DNA of 64,000 nt from a virus, in IMG/VR virus record IMGVR_UViG_3300020596_000020, positions 1 to 64,000 of that record; one strand, given 5' to 3'. The notes beneath the pieces were generated by a model. The model did no database searches, was not told the origin of the DNA, and was given only the letters and a program-made list of their open reading frames with translations. A program made the position numbers and the translations under genes. Shown here piece by piece: positions 46,305 to 55,687 of the stretch; within the stretch, counting starts at the first letter, position 1, and each line of letters begins with the position of its first letter.

Positions 46305-48448
46305 AGATCGGTTCCGTCAACCTCTCGCATGTCACGGAGCGAGCAACTGAAACCGAGTTTGTCTTTCTTCACTCTCACGACGTAACAAGCGTACTTCTTG
46401 AGCTCGCTAATCTGATGCTCGGCGGTGCTCCACACGAACATGCGATGGATGGCGCCGTCCGAGCCGTAGCACGCTAATTGGAAGAAGTTGTTGCCTGTGC
46501 GCGCGGTCTTTTTCTTACCGTCAGACAGTACCATCCAATACGTTCCGTACTTCGCAGTGGTGCATTCCTCGAGAGGCGGGATGTCGTGCGCCTTGAGCTG
46601 CATGCGTAAATCATCGTCGAGCAACGCATCGGGGTCGATAGAGCCATAGAGCTCGATCTGATTCTTCACGATCTCATCACGCGTCCAGTCAGTCAACGTC
46701 TTCGACTCCTCGATGAGCTCGGCGAGTCGGCGAGTGTGATACTCGGGGTCCTTTTTCAAGCGTTTCTTGAGTTCGGCCTGACCATCGACAATGACATGAT
46801 GTAGCTGCTTGTAGTTCTCGAACGTTCTCCCCGGTCCGACGATTTGCATAGAGTCGAACGCCCCGAGTGTCACAAGTGCCCCGAGCGATTTCGAATTAAA
46901 CTTACTGTGTCGCCACGTTCCGTTCTCATCCCAGAGCAGGTCCTCCAACTTACGATACGGTCGTTTCACCAGCAGCTCGTTCACAGCCGAGGTTCCGACG
47001 CCGGTGACCGTGAGGAAAGACGGGTAGAAGGTTCGGTTGTCAGACGCGATCTCCCATTCGCGATTCGAGCGGTTGATGTCAACCTTTGCGACGTCGTAAC
47101 CCATCGCCTTGATCTCGGCCAGCGCACGTCGACGCGAATCAGGATCACCGAGCATGGATTCGACGTACGAGCAGAGCCATTCCGGCTCGTAGTAAGTCAT
47201 CAACCAGGCACACTGATACGAGATATATCCGTACGAGTACGAGTGGGCGCGGTTGAAACCGTAGGCGGCGAACGCCTGTAGGTCGTCGTAGAGCAACTCC
47301 GCCTTTGCGCGTGGATAGCCTTTGGCCTCGGCGCCGTCCACGAACTTCTCGTGCAGCTCGTCGGTCAGTGTCTTCCCCTTGGATGCGTCCTTGGTAGTGC
47401 GTTTCAGGATGGCCTTGCGCAGCTTGTCTGCCTCGACCTCGCTGAAGCCTGAGAGCTTCATTGAAATCTCCATGATCTGTTCTTGATAGATCACGAACCC
47501 CATCGTATCTTCAAGACATTCGTTGACCGCGGCGTGACCGTAGTCCTTCTTCACACCATCACGACGTGCTTTGATGTAGAGCTTGTCGACGTCGGCAGCT
47601 AACGGTCCGGGTCGGTAGATCGCGGTCGCGGCTGCCAGGTCGTGAACGCTACGAGGGTCAAGGTCAGTGATGAATCGCTGCGTGCTTGGATTCGTGAACT
47701 GAAAGATGCCGGCAAAGCGAGACTCACGGAAGACATGGTTGAACACGTCGCTCAGGTTCGGGTCGATGCGACTCGGCGTCAGATTATCGTCGTACCACTC
47801 CTTCACCTGCGCAAAGGTTGGGTTTCGGATCCCGCTGTGACGCTTCAGGATACGACGCACGCACCGCTCAATGATACGTAACGTGTCGAGGCCGAGGAGG
47901 TCGTACTTGACTAAGCCGTACGGGCTGAGACCCTTCATCGCCATGCCTTCACTCCAAGGCGTCTGTAGGTCTCCGCGGACGCTGATGAGTGGCATGATGC
48001 CGTCAGGGTCGTCGTGAACGATGATGCCGCCGGCATGCTTGCCGACAGCCTTCGTCTGCCGACCAAGGATCTTCACGTCGTTGTCGATCGCCGGGTACTT
48101 CTTCATCAGAGCGCGGAAAGCCGGCGAGTGCTCCATGCAGCCCTCGTACGTCAGCTGAACAGAACCCTTGGTGTCGTCGCCGGTATGAAGATGCGGCTTC
48201 ACCTCCTGATCGAGATTCTTGGTGGCGTCGTTGACCTCGTTGAACTCGAGCCCGTGCAGCTTGGACACGTCCTTCACGAGCGACTTCATCTGCAGACCGT
48301 TGAAGTTGCTGATGGGGACGATCGTCTTCTCGCCGAACTCCTTCTTTAGCAGGTCGATGACTTTGTCGCGATCAGAGACGTCGCAGTTGTGTGTCCCAAT
48401 CCAACGATCTTCTTTCATAAAAGAAGAAATTCGATAACTTTTACCCAC
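46301..48448 (-). CDS. dnaE: DNA polymerase III alpha, C-terminal half, preceded by a short C-intein
   Basis: ...GTHN|CD..., KHAGG, KYDLLGL, GIFQF, YRPGP, IYQEQ, YGFNRAHS, OB fold. Confidence 0.95.
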   Translation of the reverse strand: MGKSYRISSFMKEDRWIGTHNCDVSDRDKVIDLLKKEFGEKTIVPISNFNGLQMKSLVKDVSKLHGLEFNEVNDATKNLDQEVKPHLHTGDDTKGSVQLTYEGCMEHSPAFRALMKKYPAIDNDVKILGRQTKAVGKHAGGIIVHDDPDGIMPLISVRGDLQTPWSEGMAMKGLSPYGLVKYDLLGLDTLRIIERCVRRILKRHSGIRNPTFAQVKEWYDDNLTPSRIDPNLSDVFNHVFRESRFAGIFQFTNPSTQRFITDLDPRSVHDLAAATAIYRPGPLAADVDKLYIKARRDGVKKDYGHAAVNECLEDTMGFVIYQEQIMEISMKLSGFSEVEADKLRKAILKRTTKDASKGKTLTDELHEKFVDGAEAKGYPRAKAELLYDDLQAFAAYGFNRAHSYSYGYISYQCAWLMTYYEPEWLCSYVESMLGDPDSRRRALAEIKAMGYDVAKVDINRSNREWEIASDNRTFYPSFLTVTGVGTSAVNELLVKRPYRKLEDLLWDENGTWRHSKFNSKSLGALVTLGAFDSMQIVGPGRTFENYKQLHHVIVDGQAELKKRLKKDPEYHTRRLAELIEESKTLTDWTRDEIVKNQIELYGSIDPDALLDDDLRMQLKAHDIPPLEECTTAKYGTYWMVLSDGKKKTARTGNNFFQLACYGSDGAIHRMFVWSTAEHQISELKKYACYVVRVKKDKLGFSCSLRDMREVDGTDL
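48386..48448 (-). mobile_element. Split intein C-fragment (21 aa from GTG 48448 or 11 aa from ATG 48418)
   Basis: Ends in His-Asn followed by Cys+1 at 48383-48385. Confidence 0.85.
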
Positions 48449-49469
48449 GCTTAATCTCCTGTGACAGACGATCTATTTCGTGTTTGAAATTGACTTTTGT
48501 GGCTGCTTCCCAACATATCAACACGCGACAACCAAGTTTACTCTCTATACGACGTACACGAGATTCGTTTTTAAGACGAATCTGTCCTGCTGTCATACCG
48601 GAATGAAGGAGTTTATCGGCAGTGTAGACGCTTGGATTTGCATGCCAATAGTCGCCATAATACTCAACTGCACAGTCTCGATCTGGAAGGTAAAGATCGA
48701 GACTGTAACACCAACCTTCTTCTCTATTTGAGACAAAGAACTGTCTATTCATCCAAGAATATGATTTCTCGTTCTCAAATTCCTTAAGAAGAGCGTAAAT
48801 AAATTCTTCTTCTTTTGCTGACGAACCGGTCGTATGACTGTTAGGCCATTCAACGTACGGATTCACATTAGCAAACCAATTATTTTTCCCATGCGTTGAG
48901 AGCATGTTTGCTTTATGCAGATCGCGCACATTGCTAGACATCATTGGGTACGAGACACCCAATCGTTGTTCACATGTAGCTTTGTATTTCGCTTGAATCA
49001 ATGTTGACTGAAGTGGTCTATTGACACCATGACGATATCTCATAGTTGCTGTGAATTTATCTTGATATTCGTCAGTGCTATAAAAGGCTGATTTTAGACA
49101 AGATTCACAAAGAAATGTTCTCTTATGCTGACGACGTGCTGTGTTCCCCTCCATTACGTGGAGTTTTCCGCATGTTGGACACTTGAAATTGAATGCCAAA
49201 GAACCTAAAGCATACTTTTTCGCATTCTCATCGACGAAATGACATTTTTCGTCATCAAGCACGAATTCCACGTTGTTGATCAGTAACCCGGTAGTCATCA
49301 CACGCGTAGAAACTGCGTGCTTCACATTTTCGTAGCTGAACCATGGTGTTTCGAACAGTCCGCTAAACTGTTTTCTGAGCAGATTTATTTCGCGCGAGGA
49401 TTCGTCTTTGAGTTGATACCCGTGTTTCGCAGCTAACACTGACGAGAAGTTACTTCGATACTTCATCAA
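48441..49469 (-). CDS. Free-standing Vsr-like/PD-(D/E)xK homing endonuclease between the dnaE halves
   Basis: CPTC/CESC finger, HGV/LGV/HGK repeats, LDLYLP...AVEYYGDYWH..., ICWE; AT-rich; overlaps both dnaE halves. Confidence 0.82.
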   Translation of the reverse strand: MMKYRSNFSSVLAAKHGYQLKDESSREINLLRKQFSGLFETPWFSYENVKHAVSTRVMTTGLLINNVEFVLDDEKCHFVDENAKKYALGSLAFNFKCPTCGKLHVMEGNTARRQHKRTFLCESCLKSAFYSTDEYQDKFTATMRYRHGVNRPLQSTLIQAKYKATCEQRLGVSYPMMSSNVRDLHKANMLSTHGKNNWFANVNPYVEWPNSHTTGSSAKEEEFIYALLKEFENEKSYSWMNRQFFVSNREEGWCYSLDLYLPDRDCAVEYYGDYWHANPSVYTADKLLHSGMTAGQIRLKNESRVRRIESKLGCRVLICWEAATKVNFKHEIDRLSQEIKRG

Positions 49470-51399
49470 CGTCTAAATAGTCATTGACTTTGATAATCAC
49501 GTCACCCAAACGTGGATCACTTTCATCCACGTAGACATCGAACGGAATGACACGAAAAGTGTGAGAATGTTCGACCTCAATGTCCACTAACGTTCGTATA
49601 CCATGCAAAATTATGATACCAACCACGACGCAATTCTCAGATCCCTTGAGAGAGTGCCCGATTAACAGTTGTTTGGCACGAACAACTGTGTTATCATCAA
49701 GTACCATCTTGTGCTCGGCGTTACACACAATCGTTCCATAGCATGAATCTTGTTTCACTAGTAGTTCGTAGATTATCTCATCTTTTCTAGCAGATCTTGC
49801 GTTCACGGTCAAGACTTTACGATGAGCGCCTTCGATATCGATCACAACGTCGTTTTTTTCAACTGTCTCGATGCGCTTATAACTTCCATCTGTCATCATG
49901 ATCAAATGACGAGCATCTAAACAATCGATGTCTGGAACGTCAGTGCGAGCCAACGACATGAAGCGGGCGAAGATGAGATTGTTAGAAACAGGATCGACGT
50001 CTGTGATGCCGAGCACGAAGTTGACGAGGCTGCCGGCTCCGGACCCGCGACCCGGACCGACGAGACAATCCTTCTTGGCAACATCAAGGATCGCCTTCAG
50101 AGTGAGGAAGTAAATGGAGTTGTCGAGCTTCTTGATGACGGACAGCTCGTTCTTGAGTCGCGCGACGTAGGCCGGTAGATGGGCCAACCGCTTCGCGCGC
50201 ATGCCCTCCTTGCAACTCTCCACGAGCGTCTGGAACGGCGTCATGTCGGGGCGAACGCCGAAGCTAGGAAGCTTCACGCTCGTGTCGATGGTCACGTCGC
50301 CGATGACGTCGTGCGCGACGTGCCAGGCGTTCTCGATGGACTCGGCTACGACCGCGTCGTCGTAGAACGCGTGACCCTCCTTGTACAGGTTGTACGCATC
50401 CCACATCTGATCCGCGTTCTTTGGATAGAGCTCGCACTTGAGCTGCTTCACGTCAGCCGGGATGGAGTCCGGACCGAGCTCCGAACCGCCGCGCCCCATG
50501 CGGCCAAGCAGCTTGTACACCTCGCGTGCGCGCCACAGATCGGGGCTACAGTAGTGCGAGTCAGCCGTAGCGACCAACTTGACGCCGTTCGACTTTGCGA
50601 ACTCAAGCAGCACACGGTTGGTGAGGTGTTGAGGCGCTAAGCGGTTGAACTGGATCTCAGCGAACACGTTGTCGCGCCCGACGGCGTCCGTGAGTCTGTC
50701 GAACTCGTTGCCGACGGCTCGCATAACGGCGTCGCGCTTCCCAGGTTCGTCCAGGATATCTGGGGTCAACTCGTCGAACGACTTACCGGCGAACTGAGAG
50801 TACGTCGCCCAAGATGGCACGCCGGCAACGCAGGCCGTAGACACTACGACGTCCTCGCCATGTTCCTTCAGCATTGCCGAGTCGATGCGCGGGAAGCGGT
50901 AATAACCCTCGCGCGCACTGCGAGACACCAAGCGAAAGATGTTCTCGAGGCCCTTCTGCGACTTAGGAAGCAGCACGAGGTGGTGGCGACGCTCGACCGG
51001 GTCGAGGTATTTGCCGTTACGCTTGGACGCGTCCTCGTCTTCCACGGCGACGCCCGTGTCATCTTCGTCATTGTCCGGACGCTTGACTTTGGCAGCCTCG
51101 CGCTCTTCCTTGCGCACTTGGTCACGCGTGACTTTCGCTGCGGCCCAGTCCTTCAGACTCGGGATGTAGTATGCTTCGACCCCGGGAATGAACTTCATGG
51201 GTCGACCGTTTTTATTCAACTCCTGTGTTTTTTGGTAGCATTCAGGGAACGAGTTCATGTTTCCATGATTCGTCATAGCCATCGAGCTCATGCCATTGTC
51301 AGCAGCGAACTGGATGTGATCTCCTCCATCACCGAAGCCGTCGTAGATGCTTTTCCCATCGTGTGCGTGCAAGTTCGCGAACTTCTTCGGATTTACCAT
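49450..51399 (-). CDS. dnaE: DNA polymerase III alpha, N-terminal half (PHP + palm start) fused to N-intein
   Basis: LHAH, TNHG, GVEAY, HLVL, ADSHY, GPGRGSGAGSL, PDID|CL. Confidence 0.95.
   Translation of the reverse strand: MVNPKKFANLHAHDGKSIYDGFGDGGDHIQFAADNGMSSMAMTNHGNMNSFPECYQKTQELNKNGRPMKFIPGVEAYYIPSLKDWAAAKVTRDQVRKEEREAAKVKRPDNDEDDTGVAVEDEDASKRNGKYLDPVERRHHLVLLPKSQKGLENIFRLVSRSAREGYYRFPRIDSAMLKEHGEDVVVSTACVAGVPSWATYSQFAGKSFDELTPDILDEPGKRDAVMRAVGNEFDRLTDAVGRDNVFAEIQFNRLAPQHLTNRVLLEFAKSNGVKLVATADSHYCSPDLWRAREVYKLLGRMGRGGSELGPDSIPADVKQLKCELYPKNADQMWDAYNLYKEGHAFYDDAVVAESIENAWHVAHDVIGDVTIDTSVKLPSFGVRPDMTPFQTLVESCKEGMRAKRLAHLPAYVARLKNELSVIKKLDNSIYFLTLKAILDVAKKDCLVGPGRGSGAGSLVNFVLGITDVDPVSNNLIFARFMSLARTDVPDIDCLDARHLIMMTDGSYKRIETVEKNDVVIDIEGAHRKVLTVNARSARKDEIIYELLVKQDSCYGTIVCNAEHKMVLDDNTVVRAKQLLIGHSLKGSENCVVVGIIILHGIRTLVDIEVEHSHTFRVIPFDVYVDESDPRLGDVIIKVNDYLDVDEVSK
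49453..49923 (-). mobile_element. Split intein N-fragment, 157 aa
   Basis: Block A CLDARHLIMMTDG, block B CNAEHKMV, block F LVDIEVEHSHTF; no terminal HN. Confidence 0.88.
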
Positions 51400-51439
51400 A
51401 CACTTCTATTGTCTGTCACTCGACCTCACACCCGAACAC

Positions 51440-51513
51440 TGGAGCCACCGACCGGACTTGAACCGGTATAACGAAGATACAAACTTCGGGTCCTGCCATT
51501 AAACGACAGTGGC
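51440..51513 (-). tRNA. tRNA-Thr(UGU) with encoded CCA
   Basis: Acceptor GCCACTG/CGGTGGC, anticodon arm CGAAG-TTTGTAT-CTTCG, T arm ACCGG-TTCAAGT-CCGGT. Confidence 0.93.
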
Positions 51514-51530
51514 TAATCGCTGCTTTCCTC

Positions 51531-51773
51531 TTACTCTATCAGACGCCGCGGCGAACGAATCAGTTCCCACGTCGAAGAGATATTCGCCTCATCGTTGCGA
51601 ACGTTGACCACCTTACCTGTTGTCAGTCGTAGAGATACGTGTCCCTTGCGGGTTCTGCTGCGCTCAAGAATCAAGATCACTAGCGCGCCCTCGCGCCTGA
51701 CAAGGATGTCACCTTTACACAATGACGCCCAAGTTGGGGCCATTTCATCGGACGAATTCCATCTAAACGACAT
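51531..51773 (-). CDS. Hypothetical small protein
   Basis: 80 aa, KGDILV. Confidence 0.5.
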   Translation of the reverse strand: MSFRWNSSDEMAPTWASLCKGDILVRREGALVILILERSRTRKGHVSLRLTTGKVVNVRNDEANISSTWELIRSPRRLIE

Positions 51774-52072
51774 TAGTTGTCTTCACAGAGATCACGCCAC
51801 CAGCGCTTGAGAAAAGACACGTTAGCCTCAGCAAGCAACGCATCGATCGTCAACAGTTCGTCGGCACAGATCGCTCCCGAGATGTAGGCGTCGATGATCA
51901 CCTGCACCGGGATCTCCTTGGCTAGCGCGCGTAGCAGCGATCGACGTGTATCGACAGATCGCAGGGCGACCAGGAACTCGGGACTGATCCATCCACGATT
52001 CGTCACCGTTTCATACGTGACACCAGCTCGATGTACGAGATCGTCTCGGACCGTCTTCAAACTCTCGTTCAT
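51773..52072 (-). CDS. Hypothetical protein
   Basis: Start reassigned to MNESLK. Confidence 0.5.
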   Translation of the reverse strand: MNESLKTVRDDLVHRAGVTYETVTNRGWISPEFLVALRSVDTRRSLLRALAKEIPVQVIIDAYISGAICADELLTIDALLAEANVSFLKRWWRDLCEDN

Positions 52073-52125
52073 GAGTTTCAACTGCACGACGCAATCACAC
52101 AGGCGTCGTTCTCCCAGCCCCACAT

Positions 52126-52668
52126 TCAGTCCTCCACCGAGGTTAAAATTCCATAGATGTTGTCGGCCACGCACCAGCCGTTGACGCCCCCCTTGTTGTT
52201 TCCGATTTGGTAACGTCCGTCGCTCCCGACGGCAAGCACCAAGTGAAGATACTGATTGCCAGACACCTTGCAGAGAACGACAGAACCCACTTCAAGCGGG
52301 TGAGTTGCCGGCGCAACAGTCACCAGTTGACCATTCTTGACCCTACCAGTCATAGAGTTACCACGCGGTCTGAACTTAACAGTCTTTCCGTTCTGTAAGT
52401 CTGTAATGTGACTGTCAGCCCACATCACGCTTCTCCCGGGCACCCACAGCCCATCCGGCGCTTCTGGATTCACCGGAGTCTCGCGAACTTGGTAGTCGCC
52501 CTTCGGGTCACGCGTCTGATACTTTTGTGCAAGGTCAACGGCTCTATTGCGATCCTCGAACGAAGCGATGTGTGTTCCCTCAACATCGTCGCGAATCCAC
52601 GTGTACATCTCGCCCATGCTTTCGTAGCTGACGAGCATCACACCATATTTTACATTTTTACTTGTCAC
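52126..52668 (-). CDS. S24/S26-like peptidase domain protein
   Basis: GNSM (Ser), VLCKV...LHLV, IGNN; GTG start overlapping NADAR stop. Confidence 0.6.
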   Translation of the reverse strand: MTSKNVKYGVMLVSYESMGEMYTWIRDDVEGTHIASFEDRNRAVDLAQKYQTRDPKGDYQVRETPVNPEAPDGLWVPGRSVMWADSHITDLQNGKTVKFRPRGNSMTGRVKNGQLVTVAPATHPLEVGSVVLCKVSGNQYLHLVLAVGSDGRYQIGNNKGGVNGWCVADNIYGILTSVED

Positions 52669-53134
52669 CCTTGAGCTCCCTCCGCAATTCCATCCAAAGT
52701 ACGCCCAGAACGTTGCAACCTGTCCACTCACCATCTGCTTTTAATGCCGCGCCCCAGAAGAGACCAGTGCCCTGCGGACGTTTGGTGCAGTCTTCGATGA
52801 GGCAAGCGTCTTCTGTAAGCAACAGGTCAGCTTTAACCTTTGGGTGGGCTTCGACCTTCAAGCGAAGCACGATGCGCATCAAGTCAGCGTCTTCTTCCGA
52901 CAGCGGTGTCACCACTCGCTTCTCGGCGTACTTTTTCGCTGTCATCTTTGCTGCCATTGGCGACTTCTGTTCACGGATGAGGTCACGAATCGGGTCATTT
53001 TCGGCTAGACGCATGGCCTGGAACAGAGCCTCTGTCGTGCGCCACTCTACACCCTGGTAGATGACGGGAAAGGGTGCCATGTTGCCGAGCCAGCCGTAGG
53101 GCTCGGATACTTTGCGGAAGGTGATGTTTCGCAT
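52658..53134 (-). CDS. NADAR (YbiA) family hydrolase
   Basis: [33 protein letters not shown]. Confidence 0.88.
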   Translation of the reverse strand: MRNITFRKVSEPYGWLGNMAPFPVIYQGVEWRTTEALFQAMRLAENDPIRDLIREQKSPMAAKMTAKKYAEKRVVTPLSEEDADLMRIVLRLKVEAHPKVKADLLLTEDACLIEDCTKRPQGTGLFWGAALKADGEWTGCNVLGVLWMELRRELKGDK

Positions 53135-53196
53135 GTCTTCAATCTACACGAATGTTGAAGACAACCTATCTCTTCACAATTCTCAACACAAAAGGA

Positions 53197-53229
53197 AACA
53201 CCCGGAAGCCATGAGGCCGTCCGGGTGTT
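53197..53229 (-). terminator. Rho-independent terminator after GH5 gene
   Basis: Stem AACACCCGGA/TCCGGGTGTT followed on the minus strand by TCCTTTT. Confidence 0.7.
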
Positions 53230-53248
53230 AAGCGAAGCGTAAGAAAGC

Positions 53249-55687
53249 TTAGTAAAGAATACCGCCGCTCGTCGGTACGTATTTCTTTGGGCCGTAATCC
53301 CAACAGAAACCGACCGTTGCTGAAGATGTGTTCGCAGCAATTGTGCCAACGCCGATGTTGTTGTTCAAAGGCGTTACCACGGTCTTGCCAGTGGCTGTTG
53401 GATTTGGGAAGATCGCTCCCCACACACCAGAAACACCGCGCAGCCTGCTGTCATTCAAGTAAATGATCATCCCTTTCCACGACAGCGGCACAGGGTTTTT
53501 GTTGGTGTAGGTGTAAACTTTACACCCGCCACTACCCCAATCGTACGTCTTCACTGCGGTGACAACGAGAGGGAGGCAACCCTTTGCGCTGACTGTTCCC
53601 TTGACACTTGGACACAGATCGTTGACGTCGAGCACCCCATCGCCGTCAGTGTCGGTCGTCGGAGAAACGTATGTGCACGACTGACTGAGTGTGGGTGTGC
53701 CAGAGCATACAGTCGGATTCGAGGTCACCGTTCGCGTTTGCGTTCCGTTAGATTGGCAAACGTTCCAAGTCGAGTACGTGAACGTGCAAACAGGAGGAAC
53801 ATATGTACACGACTGTGTGAGCGACGCAGACGTCCCAACACAACCGACCGGCAACGAAGTGACGGTTCGCGTCTGCGTTTCCGTTGACGAACACGATGAC
53901 CACGTTGAGTATGTGAAGACACACGACGGAGGAGGCAAAGGCGCGCTGTCAGTCATCCAACCCGCGTTCATGAAGGGCAGCAAGCTGTTGATGAGATCAT
54001 ATTTGGTGCCGGTCGTCCCCACGTCGTTGTCCCAGTGACTACCAGGCTTCTCGATGAACGTCACCGGGAACCCGCGAGTCTTCAAGATGTTCATATTGTT
54101 ACGCACGTTGGCGATCGCGTAGTACGTGATGGTATCGCCGGTGTGAGCAAGGTGAGCGATGTTGAGCTTCCAGCTCGCGGTCGTGGACGCCGTCATGGCA
54201 GTCACGCTCGGATTGGTGTTCTCGAAGATGAGTCCAGAGAACAAATTTGCGTTCTTGAACGCGAGCTCGTACCCGATGTCACCGCCGGACGAGTATCCTC
54301 CGAGAATCACGCGACGCGGATCGACGTTAAAATGTGTCTTCATGTTCGCGATGGCGGCGAGGATCTTCGCACCGTCGGTCGCGTAGTTGGACCAACAAGC
54401 TCCCTCACGACCACCGACAGCAAGTGTGATCCAGTTCTGTGCGCCGCCAGGCGACACCATCCAGGCGTCGTACTGCGCCTGTCCACCGCATCCGTGGAGC
54501 CAGACGAGTAGTGAGATCGGAGTGGCGTGCGTCGCGTCGTAACTCGCTGGGACGTACGCCCAGTTGGTCTGACCGCTGTTGGTCGTAAAGACTGTGCTCT
54601 TCGTGTAGGCGATGGGGTTTGTCACCGGCGACGTTGTGGTCGGCGACAAAGTAAGGAACGGTGTGAGCCAGGCTGTCTGTGGGCGATCGACGCCTGCTTT
54701 CGGCTCGAGCGTGAGCATATACTCACCCCACCACGGTCCAGCAGCCCACCATGCCCAGCCAACGAGCACGTCAGAGTTGACGGTCGCGTACGTGAGGAAG
54801 TCCGTCACAGCAGCCTTACACGTCGACGTGTTCGGTGTTCCGATCTCGCCGACCCAGATCTTCTTGCCGTTCTGTCGAGCCCATGCCACGACTGCGGTCA
54901 TGCGAGTCGATCCAATAGTGGAGTTGACGCAATCTGTGCCGCCGCCACTACCGTCACTGTCGAAGTAGTTGTGCACCTCGAAGATCGAGTTGTTACCGCT
55001 GTCCACGTACTTGAGAAGCGCGACGGAGTTGGCCGTCCCGTACCAGGTCGCAGTCCAGCTGTGAGCGCCTGACCACGCGTTGCCAGGCACCGACACCACA
55101 TTCGTCGCTCCCGTGGCTCGAATGGCCGCGGTGGCCGCGTTGGCAGTGATCACCCACTGCTCGGTGGGCATGTCGTGCGGCTCGTTGACGAGGCCGAACA
55201 CAACCTTGAGATTGGACTTGTACTTGACGGCGAGTCGCGACCAGAGGTTCGCGAACACACTGGAGGGGACTTGTGTCGTGCCTACAACGCCATCATAGTA
55301 ACGGGCGAAGTTGTGCGGATTAAGAACGACCGTCAAACCTTTCGACGTCGCGTAGACGACGATGGCGTTGAGATCAGTCTCGTACGTCGGCACAAACGCG
55401 CCGTTGGCTGTCGGCTGCAGACGTTCCCATAAAAAACCGACACGAACCGTGTTCATGCCCTTACTAGCGAAATAGTCGACTTCGCTTGTTGTCGGCCAAA
55501 CATAATCGGTGCCCTTGACGCCAGGCTTTGCAGTACCAAACTCGGCTCCAGCGAGATTGATGCCGTGCATCGCGGGAAGACTGACTTCAGTCTTGGGGAA
55601 GTCGCTGCGACCGATATGCGGGTAACAGCCGACGGTTATCAGCACGGTGCTGACGATAAGAATGAGATATCGGATGATCTTGTTCAT
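53249..55687 (-). CDS. Multidomain lipoprotein: GH5 endoglucanase + alpha/beta esterase + TSP1-like repeats + Ca-binding repeat + CBM2-like domain
   Basis: Lipobox TVGC; GINLAGAEFG, HNFARY, NEPH, HNY, GEIG, WWAAG; LHGCG, GYSSGG; two C.FTYSTW..C...TQTRTV; DTDGDGVLDVNDLCP; DWGSG. Confidence 0.88.
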   Translation of the reverse strand: MNKIIRYLILIVSTVLITVGCYPHIGRSDFPKTEVSLPAMHGINLAGAEFGTAKPGVKGTDYVWPTTSEVDYFASKGMNTVRVGFLWERLQPTANGAFVPTYETDLNAIVVYATSKGLTVVLNPHNFARYYDGVVGTTQVPSSVFANLWSRLAVKYKSNLKVVFGLVNEPHDMPTEQWVITANAATAAIRATGATNVVSVPGNAWSGAHSWTATWYGTANSVALLKYVDSGNNSIFEVHNYFDSDGSGGGTDCVNSTIGSTRMTAVVAWARQNGKKIWVGEIGTPNTSTCKAAVTDFLTYATVNSDVLVGWAWWAAGPWWGEYMLTLEPKAGVDRPQTAWLTPFLTLSPTTTSPVTNPIAYTKSTVFTTNSGQTNWAYVPASYDATHATPISLLVWLHGCGGQAQYDAWMVSPGGAQNWITLAVGGREGACWSNYATDGAKILAAIANMKTHFNVDPRRVILGGYSSGGDIGYELAFKNANLFSGLIFENTNPSVTAMTASTTASWKLNIAHLAHTGDTITYYAIANVRNNMNILKTRGFPVTFIEKPGSHWDNDVGTTGTKYDLINSLLPFMNAGWMTDSAPLPPPSCVFTYSTWSSCSSTETQTRTVTSLPVGCVGTSASLTQSCTYVPPVCTFTYSTWNVCQSNGTQTRTVTSNPTVCSGTPTLSQSCTYVSPTTDTDGDGVLDVNDLCPSVKGTVSAKGCLPLVVTAVKTYDWGSGGCKVYTYTNKNPVPLSWKGMIIYLNDSRLRGVSGVWGAIFPNPTATGKTVVTPLNNNIGVGTIAANTSSATVGFCWDYGPKKYVPTSGGILY

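Noticed and set aside
48449-49452. Group I intron interrupting dnaE
   Set aside because: The insert is wholly occupied by an ORF overlapping both halves, leaving no room for a ribozyme core, and intein motifs explain the junction.
51440-51513. tRNA as a prophage attachment site
   Set aside because: No integrase or duplicated tRNA 3' end in the window, and phage-like genes continue on both sides.
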